Assembly: GCA_965287045.1 (NCBI GenBank)
Contig: OZ336876.1
Span: 5,146,001 to 5,210,000, forward strand
Origin: Carcharhinus amblyrhynchos
Taxonomy: Eukaryota
Direction of reading: 5' to 3'
DNA length: 64,000 bases
Positions 26,563-38,540 of the stretch are shown one piece after another. Made by a program: the position numbers and the translations under genes. The notes beneath the pieces were generated by a model. That model saw only the letters and a program-made list of their open reading frames with translations. It was not told where the DNA came from and made no database searches. Position 1 is the first letter of the stretch, and every line of letters starts with the position of its first letter.

Positions 26563-27762
26563 GGGCCCGATTTTACCAATCGGAGCCTAAGGACCGGATC
26601 CAGGCGTAATATGGATCCGAGCCCGGAATCCTCATTCCAGCGCGTCTCTGCGCTTCTACCCGCTCCGATCCGGTCCGCGCTGTGGGCGGGGCTTAGCGCT
26701 GCCGGACCGTTCGGATCTCTGAACTGCGCGTGCGCAGTTCAAAAAGTCGGCAGCAGCGCGCCCGAGCGATGGGTTGAAGTGCGCAGCTGCGGTGGGTCGT
26801 GCCTTCTGGAAGCTTGCTCCCTGCTGTGTATCCTGTGTCAGAGTCCCCAGGCAGAACATACAGTAGTTCCCTTTGGAAGGCAGCTCTATGCCAGGCTGTA
26901 TCTTGTTTTGGTGGTACGACCTGATGGGTCCATTATCAATATCCGATACAAGGAGCCTAAAAAAATTAATATGATGCCAGTCGACGTTTCCCTTCTGCCA
27001 GAAGCTGAAAGGAAACCAAGATTGTGCAAATGTGTTTCCAAAAGAACTAGAACGAAAAGGGAGAAATTTGAATATGAATTTAAAATTGACAATTATAGCA
27101 AATTCTGGAGGAAGAAGTAGTCTTCAAAAGTTTGGGTTTTAGAAACAACCATCACTGGATTGCTTAGTTGGTGTTGATATCAGTGGAACTTTGACAAATG
27201 CACATATTATTGTGCTGTCATTAATAAGTTGTGTTTTTTTTAACTTATGATCGACTCCATTTATTTTGTTCTTATATGTTTCTGCAGGAAGGATACAGGG
27301 AATGAAAATAACTGATTCCTGTTTTTATTTCTATTATTATATGACTTAAATGCAAGGAGAAAATGCTTTGAATGTTAATTAAACAGTACACATTCACATT
27401 AATTCTGTGCCCCCTGTTCCTGATTACATTTGTGTGGATTTGACTTGCGTATATTTAGTTGTTTGTGTGATGCTTCATTACAACTAGTTGCAGGAAAAAA
27501 AACAGAAAGCGGAGAGAGCAGCTCTCGTCACATCAGCCTCTGGGGGGAGGAGGGGGCTCTGATGGATCTGTGGACTAGGGGGAGGAGGGTGGCGTGCTCA
27601 GATGGATCTCTGCGTGGGTGAGGGAGGAGAGGGCCCAAATCAAGTGTCGGTAAAGTCGCGAACTCCTTGGATTCGGGTGCAGATCGCGTTAAAGGCCCGA
27701 CACCCAAATTTACCGCATTTCGGGCCCGAAAAAGGGCGCGAATGTTTGGTAAAATCGGGGCC
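26563..27762. mobile_element. Non-autonomous TIR DNA transposon (PIF/Harbinger-like) enclosing an MRPL55 copy
   Basis: Left end gggcccgattttaccaa (26563-26579) matches the reverse complement of right end ttggtaaaatcggggcc (27746-27762) at 16/17. CpG-rich subterminal arms. Left flank TTA, right flank AAA, so the TSD is imperfect. Confidence 0.7.
26770..27502 (+). pseudogene. MRPL55: Processed (retro)copy of mitochondrial ribosomal protein L55 (bL31m); CDS homology ~26860-27120 plus AT-rich 3'UTR and short A-tract
   Basis: RQLYARLYLVLVVRPDGSIINIRYKEPKK..MPVDVSLLPEAERK.RL...YSKFWRKK matches the MRPL55 core. No intron. R->C changes consistent with CpG decay. A-tract at ~27494-27502. The 5' boundary is uncertain. 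Confidence 0.88.
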
Positions 27763-27835
27763 AAAATTCCATCCAGTACTTTTTTCACAAATTGCAACAC
27801 ATAAATGGTATCTTCATCTGACTCTCCTTTGTTTC

Positions 27836-28761
27836 TCAGGTTGATAGGCTGTTGCCATATCTCATCATCAAATGCCAATTCCAACAAAATGCCTTCCAGC
27901 TTACCATCCAATTTGATAATGCGGACAGTAAAAGCGACAGCCACGCTCGAATACATCTTTATGGTAGGCCACAAAGCCATGTGGTTGTACACGATCTGAG
28001 AAGTTTTAACATATTCCCTGCGCTATAAGCCATATTCAGAGGGTGTGCCCAATTCGGGACATTATCGGACTTGGAAATATTTGCGTAGAAAACCATGATC
28101 ACTTCTGTCAACCACAATAAAATAAAACAGAGAAGTAAAATCATAGATTTCCTCCGACTCTCCATTCCTGGATCTTCACGTTTCTCAGCAATGCCCTGAC
28201 GGCAGAGCTTCCTCCGGGCTTTACTCGACGCTAAAACATATCTGACGGTCAGAAAATTAAACAAGATCAGAAAGAAAGGCAGCAGTGGGATTGAGACATT
28301 GTGGAACCAGGAGAATGCCAGCCATCCAGGAAGAATATGAGCATCTACCTTTTTCATACAACCAATGGGCCCACCTATTTCCTAAGATTCATATGTGAAG
28401 TAGTAGGGGATATTAGTTAATAAACTCAACATATACACGCTTCCTATCACCATCCTTGCAGTTTTCAATGTGGAGTATTTGATTTTAAACGTTTGCCAAC
28501 AAATGGAAACGAAACGAACATGAATGAAAACAACTGTTAGCCACACCGAACAATCAAGGCTTATAAATATCATCACTTCCTGAAGTATACAGGGGACAGT
28601 GTGAGTCATGTGGCTGTAAATTGTACTAAAGATGAAGCTTATCACTACACTGAAGAAGATGACCAGTAGATCTGCTGCTGCCATCGCTATTAGATAGCTG
28701 GTGATGCATTTAGTGAGTCGACATCTTGCTCGGCAAAGAATGATAATCATCAATAATTTAC
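27836..28761 (-). pseudogene. GPR139-like pseudogene G3, exon 2
   Basis: Acceptor cccaaaag|GT-AAA (TM1 N->K), DRF->VRF, in-frame TAG at 28382-28384, a short deletion in TM6 and an in-frame TAA at 27959-27961 before helix 8. Confidence 0.88.
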
Positions 28762-30150
28762 CTTTTGGGGGAAAAATACAAAGAAATTGAAGCATAGATT
28801 TTTCTTCTGAATATTTTAGAGTTAACCAGAATTTATATTCGGTTCAATTGGTGAAGGAGTTGAGAGGTTATCTGATCGTCGTGGTCCTCCCATCACCCAT
28901 TCGTTTCGAAGTTGCTCCACTCCTGAATGAAGAGTCAGAACAGCGTTTGAATCCCAGTCCCCAGCGGCAATACTGAGCAGTGACTGCATAGTCCATCCCT
29001 TATTGGATCCGCAACCCAACGTTAATAAGTTCAGAAAAATGGCCAAAAGTAATAAGGATCAAGTGTGGGGTAAACCTAAAGCTTTACTCAGTAATACGGT
29101 CTGAAAACATTGCAAAAACTACGAAAATTACAATGTTTCTTGACCGACGCAGCTCTTTGATGTTACATTCTGAGTTTTCTAGATTAAAAGGCCAATTGTG
29201 GTGAAATAGATGAGTAACCATTTTAAATTATTAATCAGTCTTTGTTTCCTTAATGGATTCTTTCAAATCCGATTGTAATGTGTTTCAATGTGCGATCTTA
29301 CTCAGCATTACAATTTCAGGCTAAGTTAATTGATCCCCTGCCTTAGTCTGACATTACTGGACTGACAGTCTGACAGCCCATCCAATGATCTTGGAAAATC
29401 AGTGGCATGAAGGATGAGCATTATGTTGTTATCTCGAATTATATGGCGGATTCTGATTTTTCAATCATTTAATCAAGTGTGAAAGGTCATGACATGCCCC
29501 GCTCCTAATCAACTGGAATCGCCAATTTTAAAACAAATAGCCACATGTGGATAACTGTCAATCCGACGAGCCGTGCTAAAGACAGGTCCAGCATCAATCA
29601 CGTTACTCAATATTAAATATAAATTACGTACAGCTCTAGTTTTCGTGTCTTCGTTATCGTGTATCTGATAAGTAAGCATATTTTTCCCAACAGATCCACC
29701 TCGTTCTAAAACCTATTTCATTCAGAACTTCGTTATAATTCTGGTGATTCATTGATGTATAGAGTGCAAAGTTTGATAATGGAGACTTCTTCTTGTAGTA
29801 AACAGAACATTTCTCATTCCCTCTAATATGTTTTACTGAGTTTAGTTTTAATTACTTGCCGGAAGTAACCTTGGACATCAGATTGCAGGGTGTTTTTCTC
29901 CCAGTCACTCTAGTATCCACCTTCAAAGCCGAAATATTGTTCGGGGAGCTCTGAAATGCAATTTCATTCAGTGAATTATGTACAAAATCAATTTCAATAG
30001 AATACAATATACTCTGAAAAAATATTTTCACTTGAGAGAAAGATCAACAATAGCAAATAACATGGAGAATGCATCGTTAGCTGTCCAACAGCCACAATGT
30101 TAAAACCTTAAAACCGACGTAGATTGAATAACAAACTTATATTGACATAT

Positions 30151-30223
30151 CAAGAATTCCAGTGAACGTTATAATGCGATAGAAAATAGATTGAGTTGTA
30201 TAAAATATCGTTATCCTCTCAAT
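30151..30223 (-). pseudogene. Degenerate exon 1 of G3 ([I]ERITIFYTTQSIFYRIITFTGIL+G)
   Basis: Aligns to the other first exons (IYYPILAIVGVP-G). Start reads ATT and donor reads G|atatgt. The promoter module homologous to G1 lies just upstream. Confidence 0.6.
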
Positions 30224-30351
30224 GGTTGACACTGTTGTGCTGTCTATGAAATTCAGTGTCTGATTCCTGTTGGGAATAAAGGCTTTAAACGTGGCTTTCT
30301 GAATATTCTAAAGCAGCATACCTCATGGAATCGCGTTGTTTTGATTAAGCT

Positions 30352-30439
30352 TCCCCAGGATCATTATTAGTTTCAGTTATTTGAACAAATCGTTTGTGGA
30401 ACTGCTGGCACCTCTCATAATTCTTTAATTCCCCTGGAG
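30352..30439 (-). promoter_or_regulatory. Decayed promoter module of G3
   Basis: attagtttcagttatttgaacaaa (30366-30389) is 19/24 identical, ungapped, to G1 5961-5984. O/E-like TCCCCAGGA (30352) and TCCCCTGGAG (30430). The E-box is lost. Confidence 0.5.
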
Positions 30440-31744
30440 ATTTTTGGAGTCCAAGATAGACAGCGCAATTTATGATTTTCAGCTTCGTCTTTCTTGCCTG
30501 TCTGTCATAGTCTTGAAAAATATATAAATAAAAATCTTATTTTACACTCTTCAATAACCAATATTGAATTAGCAGTTCACATTCTGCTATAACTCTCAAA
30601 TCAAATACATTTTGGTTAATTTGTTGTATGCTCATGAAAGTAATTTAAACAACTCAAACTTGTGATATTTGGAATGAAAGATCAGATTTAGGACGCAGTA
30701 CTTCACAGTTAGACATTTATTTCCAATTCTTGAACAGCATGGCGTCTATACAAATATCTTGTAATCGAGGCAAACAACTATTTTCAAGAATTCGAGTTGT
30801 TTCTATTGATTTTGTGCACATATGAAAGTTGATAACGTTTCTCTCTCTGTTTCAGAAAGGAGACTGACGGATGAGCCGATGAAACATGTGGGAGACAAAC
30901 AAAAGGTTTAGCTGGTATAATGAATGAACACCTCTTATTCAGCATGAATGCAACATTAAACTGAAATAGCTGAAATCACTGATGCTGGCAGGGCTTGAAA
31001 TAACAAAAACTGACTCTAAAAGACCCAGCAAATTAATGAGCAATGCTCCAAAAATTGAGTTTCGATTGAGTAGTCTATCTGAGAATGTGCAAAGTATCAA
31101 CATACATTTTTGGGTCAGTTTAATTTTAATAAGAATAGCGAGATGTGGCACATGAGATTATAACCCAGCATTGCTGAAATATTGTACTTTCAAATATTTC
31201 GTATTCCTGTTTTCAGAGAGATCTTAAGGATATTTTTTTCATCAATAGGGGGATCTACCATTGAATTAGAAACCGAAGTTTTTCATAAACAATTGTAACA
31301 AATTGTCCCTAAATTATCCTTTCCTGAATCTGGTTTCCAATGGGGTTACCATACGCATACACATGAGTCAAGGTAGGTGTAGGAAAATGCTTTAAGATGG
31401 CGGCGCGGGCTCGTTGGGCCGAAGGGCCTGTTTCCCGTGCTGGATTCTTCTTCGTTCTTTGTTCTTTTATAATGTTGTGCTGTGACAATTTTAACGGTAA
31501 TCCTTAAGTAATACGAATCGCCAGATCTCTTTCTGTCTCTCTCTCTCTGTCTGTCTGCCACACCACCTCCCCCCCACCCACCCCCGCGCCCAGAAAGATG
31601 TTGGAGAGTTTTGACAGATCCAGACTTCACATAAACCCTTGTAACAATCGGCCTGTTAGTACGATGGATAATGTTTTATTCATTGCACCATAACATGTAG
31701 GTAGACAAGAAGCCACAACGGCCAGAGTTGGGCGTTTGTCTGAG

Positions 31745-32230
31745 ATGATGTGGAGATGTTGGCATTTTACTGGGGTGGGCACAGTAAAAAGTCTCAGAAA
31801 AACGGAGTAGAGTTCAACAGAGTTTATGTCGCATCACGAGCTTTTGGGGCGCTGTTTCTTCATCGTGAGAGTTAAGAGTTGCGTTCACAAACAGGACCTA
31901 TATAGACAAAGACTCAATTGCAAGATATTGGTTAGAATGCGAATCTTTACAAGTAATCAACTATTTACAGATTCAGACAATGCGAGTAGAGAAAGAGAGA
32001 GATAATCAAAGGTTTAGGAGGTGTGAGTTGTCTCAAGACAGTTAGCAGGATTCTACAAGCACAGGCCAAATGGTGGGGGTTACAAATAGAGTCACATGAA
32101 CCCAAGGCCCGGTTGTAGCCGTCCTTGTGCGTGAAACCGAGTTTCTGCTGGATGATTCAGCTTTGTCGTGTGTCTCGGACGCCGCCTGGCAGAATGCTTA
32201 CCCAAGATGTCAATTTGAGATTGTAATTTG
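31745..32230. mobile_element. Penelope-like retroelement fragment
   Basis: Resembles common shark Penelope-type repeats (from memory) and shares segments with 56600-56880. Confidence 0.45.
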
Positions 32231-33124
32231 AATTGGTGCACAATGTTCAATGTGTTTGTCCACCATGGAATGAATGAAGTGAAGCACCTTTCCTGGATAC
32301 TGTACGCTCGCTTCTCAACAGTGACTGGGAGAATTAAAAAATGCTGCGTTACAACAAACCAATATCTGTTTTTGTTGCAAAGTCCCAACTTTTGTGTGTC
32401 TTTCAGCAATTAGTGCTGGACATTGGATTGTGTCAAGCTGCAAAACTGGGTCCTGGTCAGCTCGATGCACTGTAAGACAAATAGGATGAGGGGAGGCTGA
32501 ATGGTCCCTTTCTCTGAGTTGCTGGTCCTTCAGCAGCTGTTGAAGTGTCCGCCCTTGAAGCACAGAGGACACCATCGAAATGTTCTGAAAGAACCTGGAA
32601 AAGACACTCTTCATCACGTTCTAACTCTTTTATGCAAGGCACACAGAAGATGTGGATGAGAGTTTGGTTTTAACCACCAATATCCCCTCAAGCACAAAAT
32701 GTGCAGACCACAGATAACAGGGAGTTATTTCACCTTAGAGCAAACACACCCAAGATATTTGCAGTAGTGTTGAGATGCAAGATAAATTTGTCTCTTTATT
32801 ATTCAATTTAAAGTGAGGAGGGTAGAGGCAGCACGGTTAAACAAAGAGAAAACTCAGAGGCGCCATCAACACAAACGCTCTAGTGTTAGCTACAGAAGTA
32901 CATAGTCGGATGAAAGCACCCCCCCCCTCCCCTTCCGCCCTCCCCCGCCCCCACACCCACCCCTACTGAACTTTAAGATCAAGCAGTCCAGTGGCTGGCG
33001 AAACAGAAAGTTCAATACAAATAATTATTCTTGATCTCGAAATCTAATTTCAGGCTGGATCTCCCGCAGTCCAGTCACCATCAAACATTCCATCTTTAAG
33101 CACAATGCACTATCATTTATAAGG

Positions 33125-34170
33125 TTAAGTTCCCTCTACAGTGTCCCATTAAATTTCCCGAGTGCAGGTCTAGCACAGGCTGAGATACATGGAAAATGCT
33201 CCTCTACACTGTCTCATCAATAAACTCCAGTGCAGGTGTACCACAGGGTGAGGTGCAGAGTAAATATTCCTCTGCACTGTCTCATCAGTAAACTCCAGAG
33301 TAGGTGTACCACAGGGAGAGGTGCAGAGTAAATATTCCTCTGCACTGTCTCATCAGTAAACTCCAGAGCAGGTGTACCACAGGGAGATGTGCAGAGTAAA
33401 TATTCCTCTGCACTATCCCATCAATAAACTCCAGTGCAGGTATACCACAGGTTGAGATACACAGGAAATCACCATCTACGCTATCCCATGAAAAAGCCCA
33501 CTGAAGGTATAAAACAAAGTGAGATGCACATGTATACCGCTCTATACTTTCCCATTAAGATCTCCAGTACAGATGCAGCACAGGGTGAGATACACAGGGA
33601 ATTTTCTCTAGACTACCCCATCAAGAATTCCAGTACAGAGGTGGCACAAGGAGAGATGTACGGAAAATGTCCTTCTAACTGGCCCTTCAAGACTTCAAGC
33701 AATGATGTAGCACAGAGTGAGATTAACAGGGGTTCTCCTCTCGACTGGCCCTTCAGGAACTCTAGTGCATGTGTATCACAACATTAAATACGGTTCTGAA
33801 CTCCCTGTACATTGCCATGAAACATTCGCTCATGAGTGACACACAGGTCAAGGACAGACATATTGTCCCGATACTGTCCCTTTCAAACACCCACAGGGGA
33901 GGTAAAGCACGGGGTTGCATGCCAACTAATGCAAACTCTGCAAAGCGACATTATGTAGTTCACTGTAAAAGGTGTTTCCTCTGCATTGATCCTCAACCTG
34001 AATCTTTCTTCTGCATATCACATGGGGACATTCTAAATTGGGATTCATTTTAATATTTCCAAGGATAGGGATTGCACGGGGTAAAGTGCAGAGCTTTTGT
34101 CTGCATTGCCATCCCAAAATGCCAGGTTCCAGTACAATGTACCTTCTGTATGAATCATGTTTCCCTCTAA
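33125..34170. repeat. Tandem array of 66-68 bp units, about 15 copies
   Basis: Unit starts at 33133, 33201, 33269, 33337 and 33405 (period 68). Unit cctctgcactgtctcatcagtaaactccagagtaggtgtaccacagggagaggtgcagagtaaatatt. Confidence 0.92.
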
Positions 34171-37100
34171 CACTGTCCTTTTAATGTTGCCTGGTCAGCT
34201 TCGCTTGAATTGTTATATTCCAATCGTGCTATCCGCATGCAAGTCTTCCATTACATCTGTTGGCGGGATGTGTGAGGTGATCGGTACTGCTTAAAGTTCA
34301 GACAATACAATACTAATGAAGCCAGTATCTCTGTATAGGTACAAAACTTCATTTAACCAGCAGCTGCTAGGAGAGTATCACAGGCTTAGTACAGCTCCCA
34401 GATAGAGCAGCTTGGTCTCTCCAGTGGAATCTGGTGTATACAATTCAAAACAGATCAGATATATTTTCTATCAATTTACCCTACCTTTCATGAGCTTTAA
34501 ATCATTTATCTCTCGCAAATATACATCAGCAATAATGCCTGTCATAAATCTTCGCCAACTGCACCTTACCCTCTCTGTCATAATGCACTTTATTAGTCTG
34601 TAATATTCAGAAGCTGACCACTATCTTAGCTGGTCCCACTTCCTGTGTTGCCTAGGACATTCAGATGTTAGCCCAAAGATCAAATAAACATCCCAATTGG
34701 TTATCTTAAAGGTCGCTGCTGAACCAAATTAACACACGACCCCACCTCTGGACATGCATCCATCGTGATTCGACAGTGAATAAACTCTATTCATGAAATC
34801 TGATTAAGTGTTCTGAGTGTTCACTCCATCCAAAACCTTATTGATATATCTTCCTTATTCCCAATGTTTAAATATTCTCTTGGAAAATAACTTCGCCCAA
34901 TTGCCTTTTAACATGATGCTTTGCAGTAAACAGTGGAAGATCTTATTGCACTCACATCGGTGTAAACTTTTCTTGTGTCAGATTAGAAGCTTTAAAAAAA
35001 TCTTTTAACTTAATGCTTGTGCCTCTGTCAATGCCTTAATATCTAACGTTTAAAATATTTACTCACTTATTAGGTTTCACCGTACAACATTTCGTTCAGA
35101 TACATTGTGCAATATTCATTTAGCTCTTTGCAAAACACTGTTTAGATACTTCAGAATTTTAGTGAAATACTTGTACACAATTTCTTCTTTATGTGTGCAA
35201 TGCCAGAGTAAATTAAGTGAATTAAATTTGTTGGATGATTGCTGTCAATGTCAAGTGGGAGAAAAATGTTCACTGCACAAATGAGTATCCATCACAAATT
35301 GCGATTGTTTTCAATATTCTGACTATGAGATGACCCTGTCCGACACAAGATCATGTGGAATATCCCCAGTAACAGGGGATATCCCCATAACAGAGCCTGC
35401 ATGTCAGTGTTAAAAAATAAGCATTAAATTCCCGGAGACGCTCACACCTCTTACTTCATACAGTGAGTGAAAATGATAACGCAATTGGTGGGGATTGCTT
35501 TGTTGATTTCACAATTCATTTGTGGATTTTGTGATGGTACATTCTTTGATTGAACTTAACTGGAAAAAAAATCAACATTTCTAAATCTGCTTCTTCTCCT
35601 GACTATATGGATTACGAGATATCTGGATTGAGGCTGAACATTAGTCCCAGTCACTGAATGACAGTATTAAAACTTTTCAGTCCAACTATATTTGTACCGC
35701 AACATATTTCAAATGTAACTATGCTTTTCATTTGAATTCCAGTTGGGCATTCTGATGAAACCACTAAATTGGTCAGTAGGAGCGATATGAAGTGGAACCT
35801 GATTAATTCGTATATTTCTAATTATTTCCTTGATCTAAAGTTCGAATTTCATTCTACAGACATCATGTGTTGTTTTTTGAGCGGGAATCAGCTCTCACAT
35901 ATGGAACCGACTGCTAATAATTGGACAAACACAATGTAAGATCTGTCATGGAGAAATCAGATGTTGATGGAAGCAAATCCGATATTTGTTATCATGTTTC
36001 CACTTCCGATAACTTTGGCTGACCTGAAGTAGAATCTCTAGTCTTCAGATGCTCTATTCTCGATTCTTGCCTCTCACATCACTATTACTGATTTTGCGAA
36101 GTATTTAATGTCCATTGTCTTTAGGTCTTGAGGGCGAACATTTTCTCACTGCCACCCTCTCCGTAACTCTGACGATCTGAATACTTCTTTCAATTAAGGA
36201 AATGTAATCGGCTGACACATATAAAGATTCAGTGCTCACCTATTGGTCTTTTTCAGTTCAATCTCTAGCTTGAGGCTGTACAGATCAGAGTTACAGAGGC
36301 AAGTGTGTCTTTGTCACTGTGAGGGATAGTGTGCTGGATGGTGAATCGATGAACAACGGATGGGGAGGGAATATGATGTGTGTCTCTTACAGACTGAAAG
36401 AGGATCGGGAAAAATGAAAGGGAGTGAAAGGAAGGAATGTGCCAAATACTGTGTTTAGGAGTCAGACTTCATGATTTACCTGTTTCCATATCTTATGAAA
36501 CTGTGTGCTGCATCCTCATTTCCATGGAGCCAGCTTCTTCGCAGCAGCCACCGTACCAAACTCTGAACTAAATACTTCATCCAGCTTGCATCCCTGGCAG
36601 AAATTAATGCCCTTTGCATGAAATTAGCAGTTAATCGTAGCAAACTGCTCTGCTGCCGGTTGTCAATGTTGAATTTGAGAAAGTATCAAGTGAGAGGTCT
36701 CCAAAGACCAGATGATACAAACAGCTGGTCATTCCGGATAACCACTGCCTTGATTTGAGTTATGTCGACATGAGCTGTTTGATTGCCCTCAGTGCTTAAC
36801 TTACTGCGGCTTCTGACCGCTGCAAAATTCTGACGACGTGCTCTTTTATAGAATCCACCACTCATTGAAACGTACCACATGCTTTTTGCCCCAACCCAGG
36901 AACTGAAATTCACATGTACCCTTGCATATTTTTGTAATAGGCAAAAGGGCTGCTTTGACTTAATGACATCTGCATGTGGTGAATACAAGGCATGGTGCTA
37001 TGGCATAGTAGGGAATGTTGTTGATTTTTCGGAGAATAAATATCCGTGTCCTGGGAAACCTGCGGTCAACCAAAGAATATCAGCAATCGGAGTCCACAAT

Positions 37101-37460
37101 GCCACCAAACAGAACTCTCTTCTCATACAGTATAAATTGGCGTCCCCTTTGTAGATTGTTTATCTTCTATAAATGCCTTGATGCAGGAAATCGCAAAAAA
37201 AACTTCGGAAGTGTTTCGCAATTTGCAGCAAAGTCTGGCCTTCTGAATCAATGGAGCGACTTCAGAAGCAGTAGCTTTATGAAAAAACTTTGTCACTGCT
37301 AAGTCCTCCACTGAGGTATAACGTCAAATTCCGAAAATTGCCTATCTGACAACGATGTGCGGGCCATGGATGTCGCGCAGAGGGATTATATGGCAATAGC
37401 GTCCACGATTAATGATTTCACCGACATGGGAAGGTGGAATTATTCTTTTCAGATCTTAAC

Positions 37461-38540
37461 AGAAGCCAGAGGGTGGTTGTAGAAGTTGTTATTCAGACTG
37501 GAGGCCTGTGACCAGCGGTGTGCCTCAGGGATCAGTGCTGGTTCCACTGTTATTTGTCATTTATATTAATGATTTGGATGAGAATATAGGAGGCATGGTT
37601 AATACATTTACAGGTGACACTAAGATTGGCGATATAGTGGACAGTGAAGAAAGTTATCTCCAATTGCAACGGGATCTTGATCAATTGGGCCAGCGGGCTG
37701 ACGAATGGCAAATGGAGATTAATGTACACAAATGCGAGATGATACATTTTGGTAGATTGAGCCAGGGCAGGACTTACTCAGCTAATGGTAGGGCGTTGGG
37801 CAGAGTTACAGAACAAAGAGATCTAGGGGTACATGTTCATAACACCTTCAAAGCGGAGTCACAGGTAGACAGATTGCTGAAGAAGGTATTTGGCGTGCGT
37901 GGTTTCATCAGTCAGAACATTGAATACAGGAGTTTGAATGTCTTGTTGAAGTTATACAAGACAATAGTAAGGCTACACTTGGAATACTGTGTGCAGATCT
38001 GGTCACCCTGTTATAGAAAGGATAGTATTAAACTAGAAAGAGTGCCCAAAATATTTACTAGGGTGCTACTGGGACCTGATGGACTGAGTTAAAAGGAGAG
38101 GCTGGATAGACTGGGACTTTTTTTGTCTGGAGCTTAGGAGGCTGAATGGTGATCTTATGGAGGTCTATAAAATAATGAGGGGCACAGGTAAGCTAGATAG
38201 TCAATATATCTCCCAAAGGTAAGGGCGTCTAAAATTAGGAGGCATAGGTTTAAGGTGAGAGAGGAGATATAAAAGTGTCCAGAGGGACAATTGTTTCACA
38301 CAGAGGGTGGTGAGTGTATGGAACAAGCTGCCAGAGGTAGTAATAGAGGCGGGTACAATTTTGTCTTTTAAAAAGAATTTAGGTAGTCACATAGGTACGA
38401 TGGGTATAGAGGGATATGGGCCAAATGCGGCAACTGGGATTAGCTTTGGGGTTTTACAAAAAAGAAGGGTGGCATGGACAAGTTGGGCCGAAGGCCCTGT
38501 TTCCATGCAGTAAACCTCTATGACACTATGACTCTATAAG
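37461..38540 (+). mobile_element. CR1/HER1-type LINE 3' portion
   Basis: SGVPQGSVL..LF.IYINDLD, DTKIG, QRDLG and LEYCVQIWSP motifs; ctctatga tail. Confidence 0.9.

Noticed and set aside
33125-34170. Regularly spaced repeats as a CRISPR-like array (also 49825-50385)
   Set aside because: Vertebrate DNA; the whole unit is homologous between copies, so there are no unique spacers, and there are no cas genes.
35360-35395. Hairpin ATATCCCC-7nt-GGGGATAT
   Set aside because: 8-bp arms from a micro-duplication; expected by chance in 64 kb.
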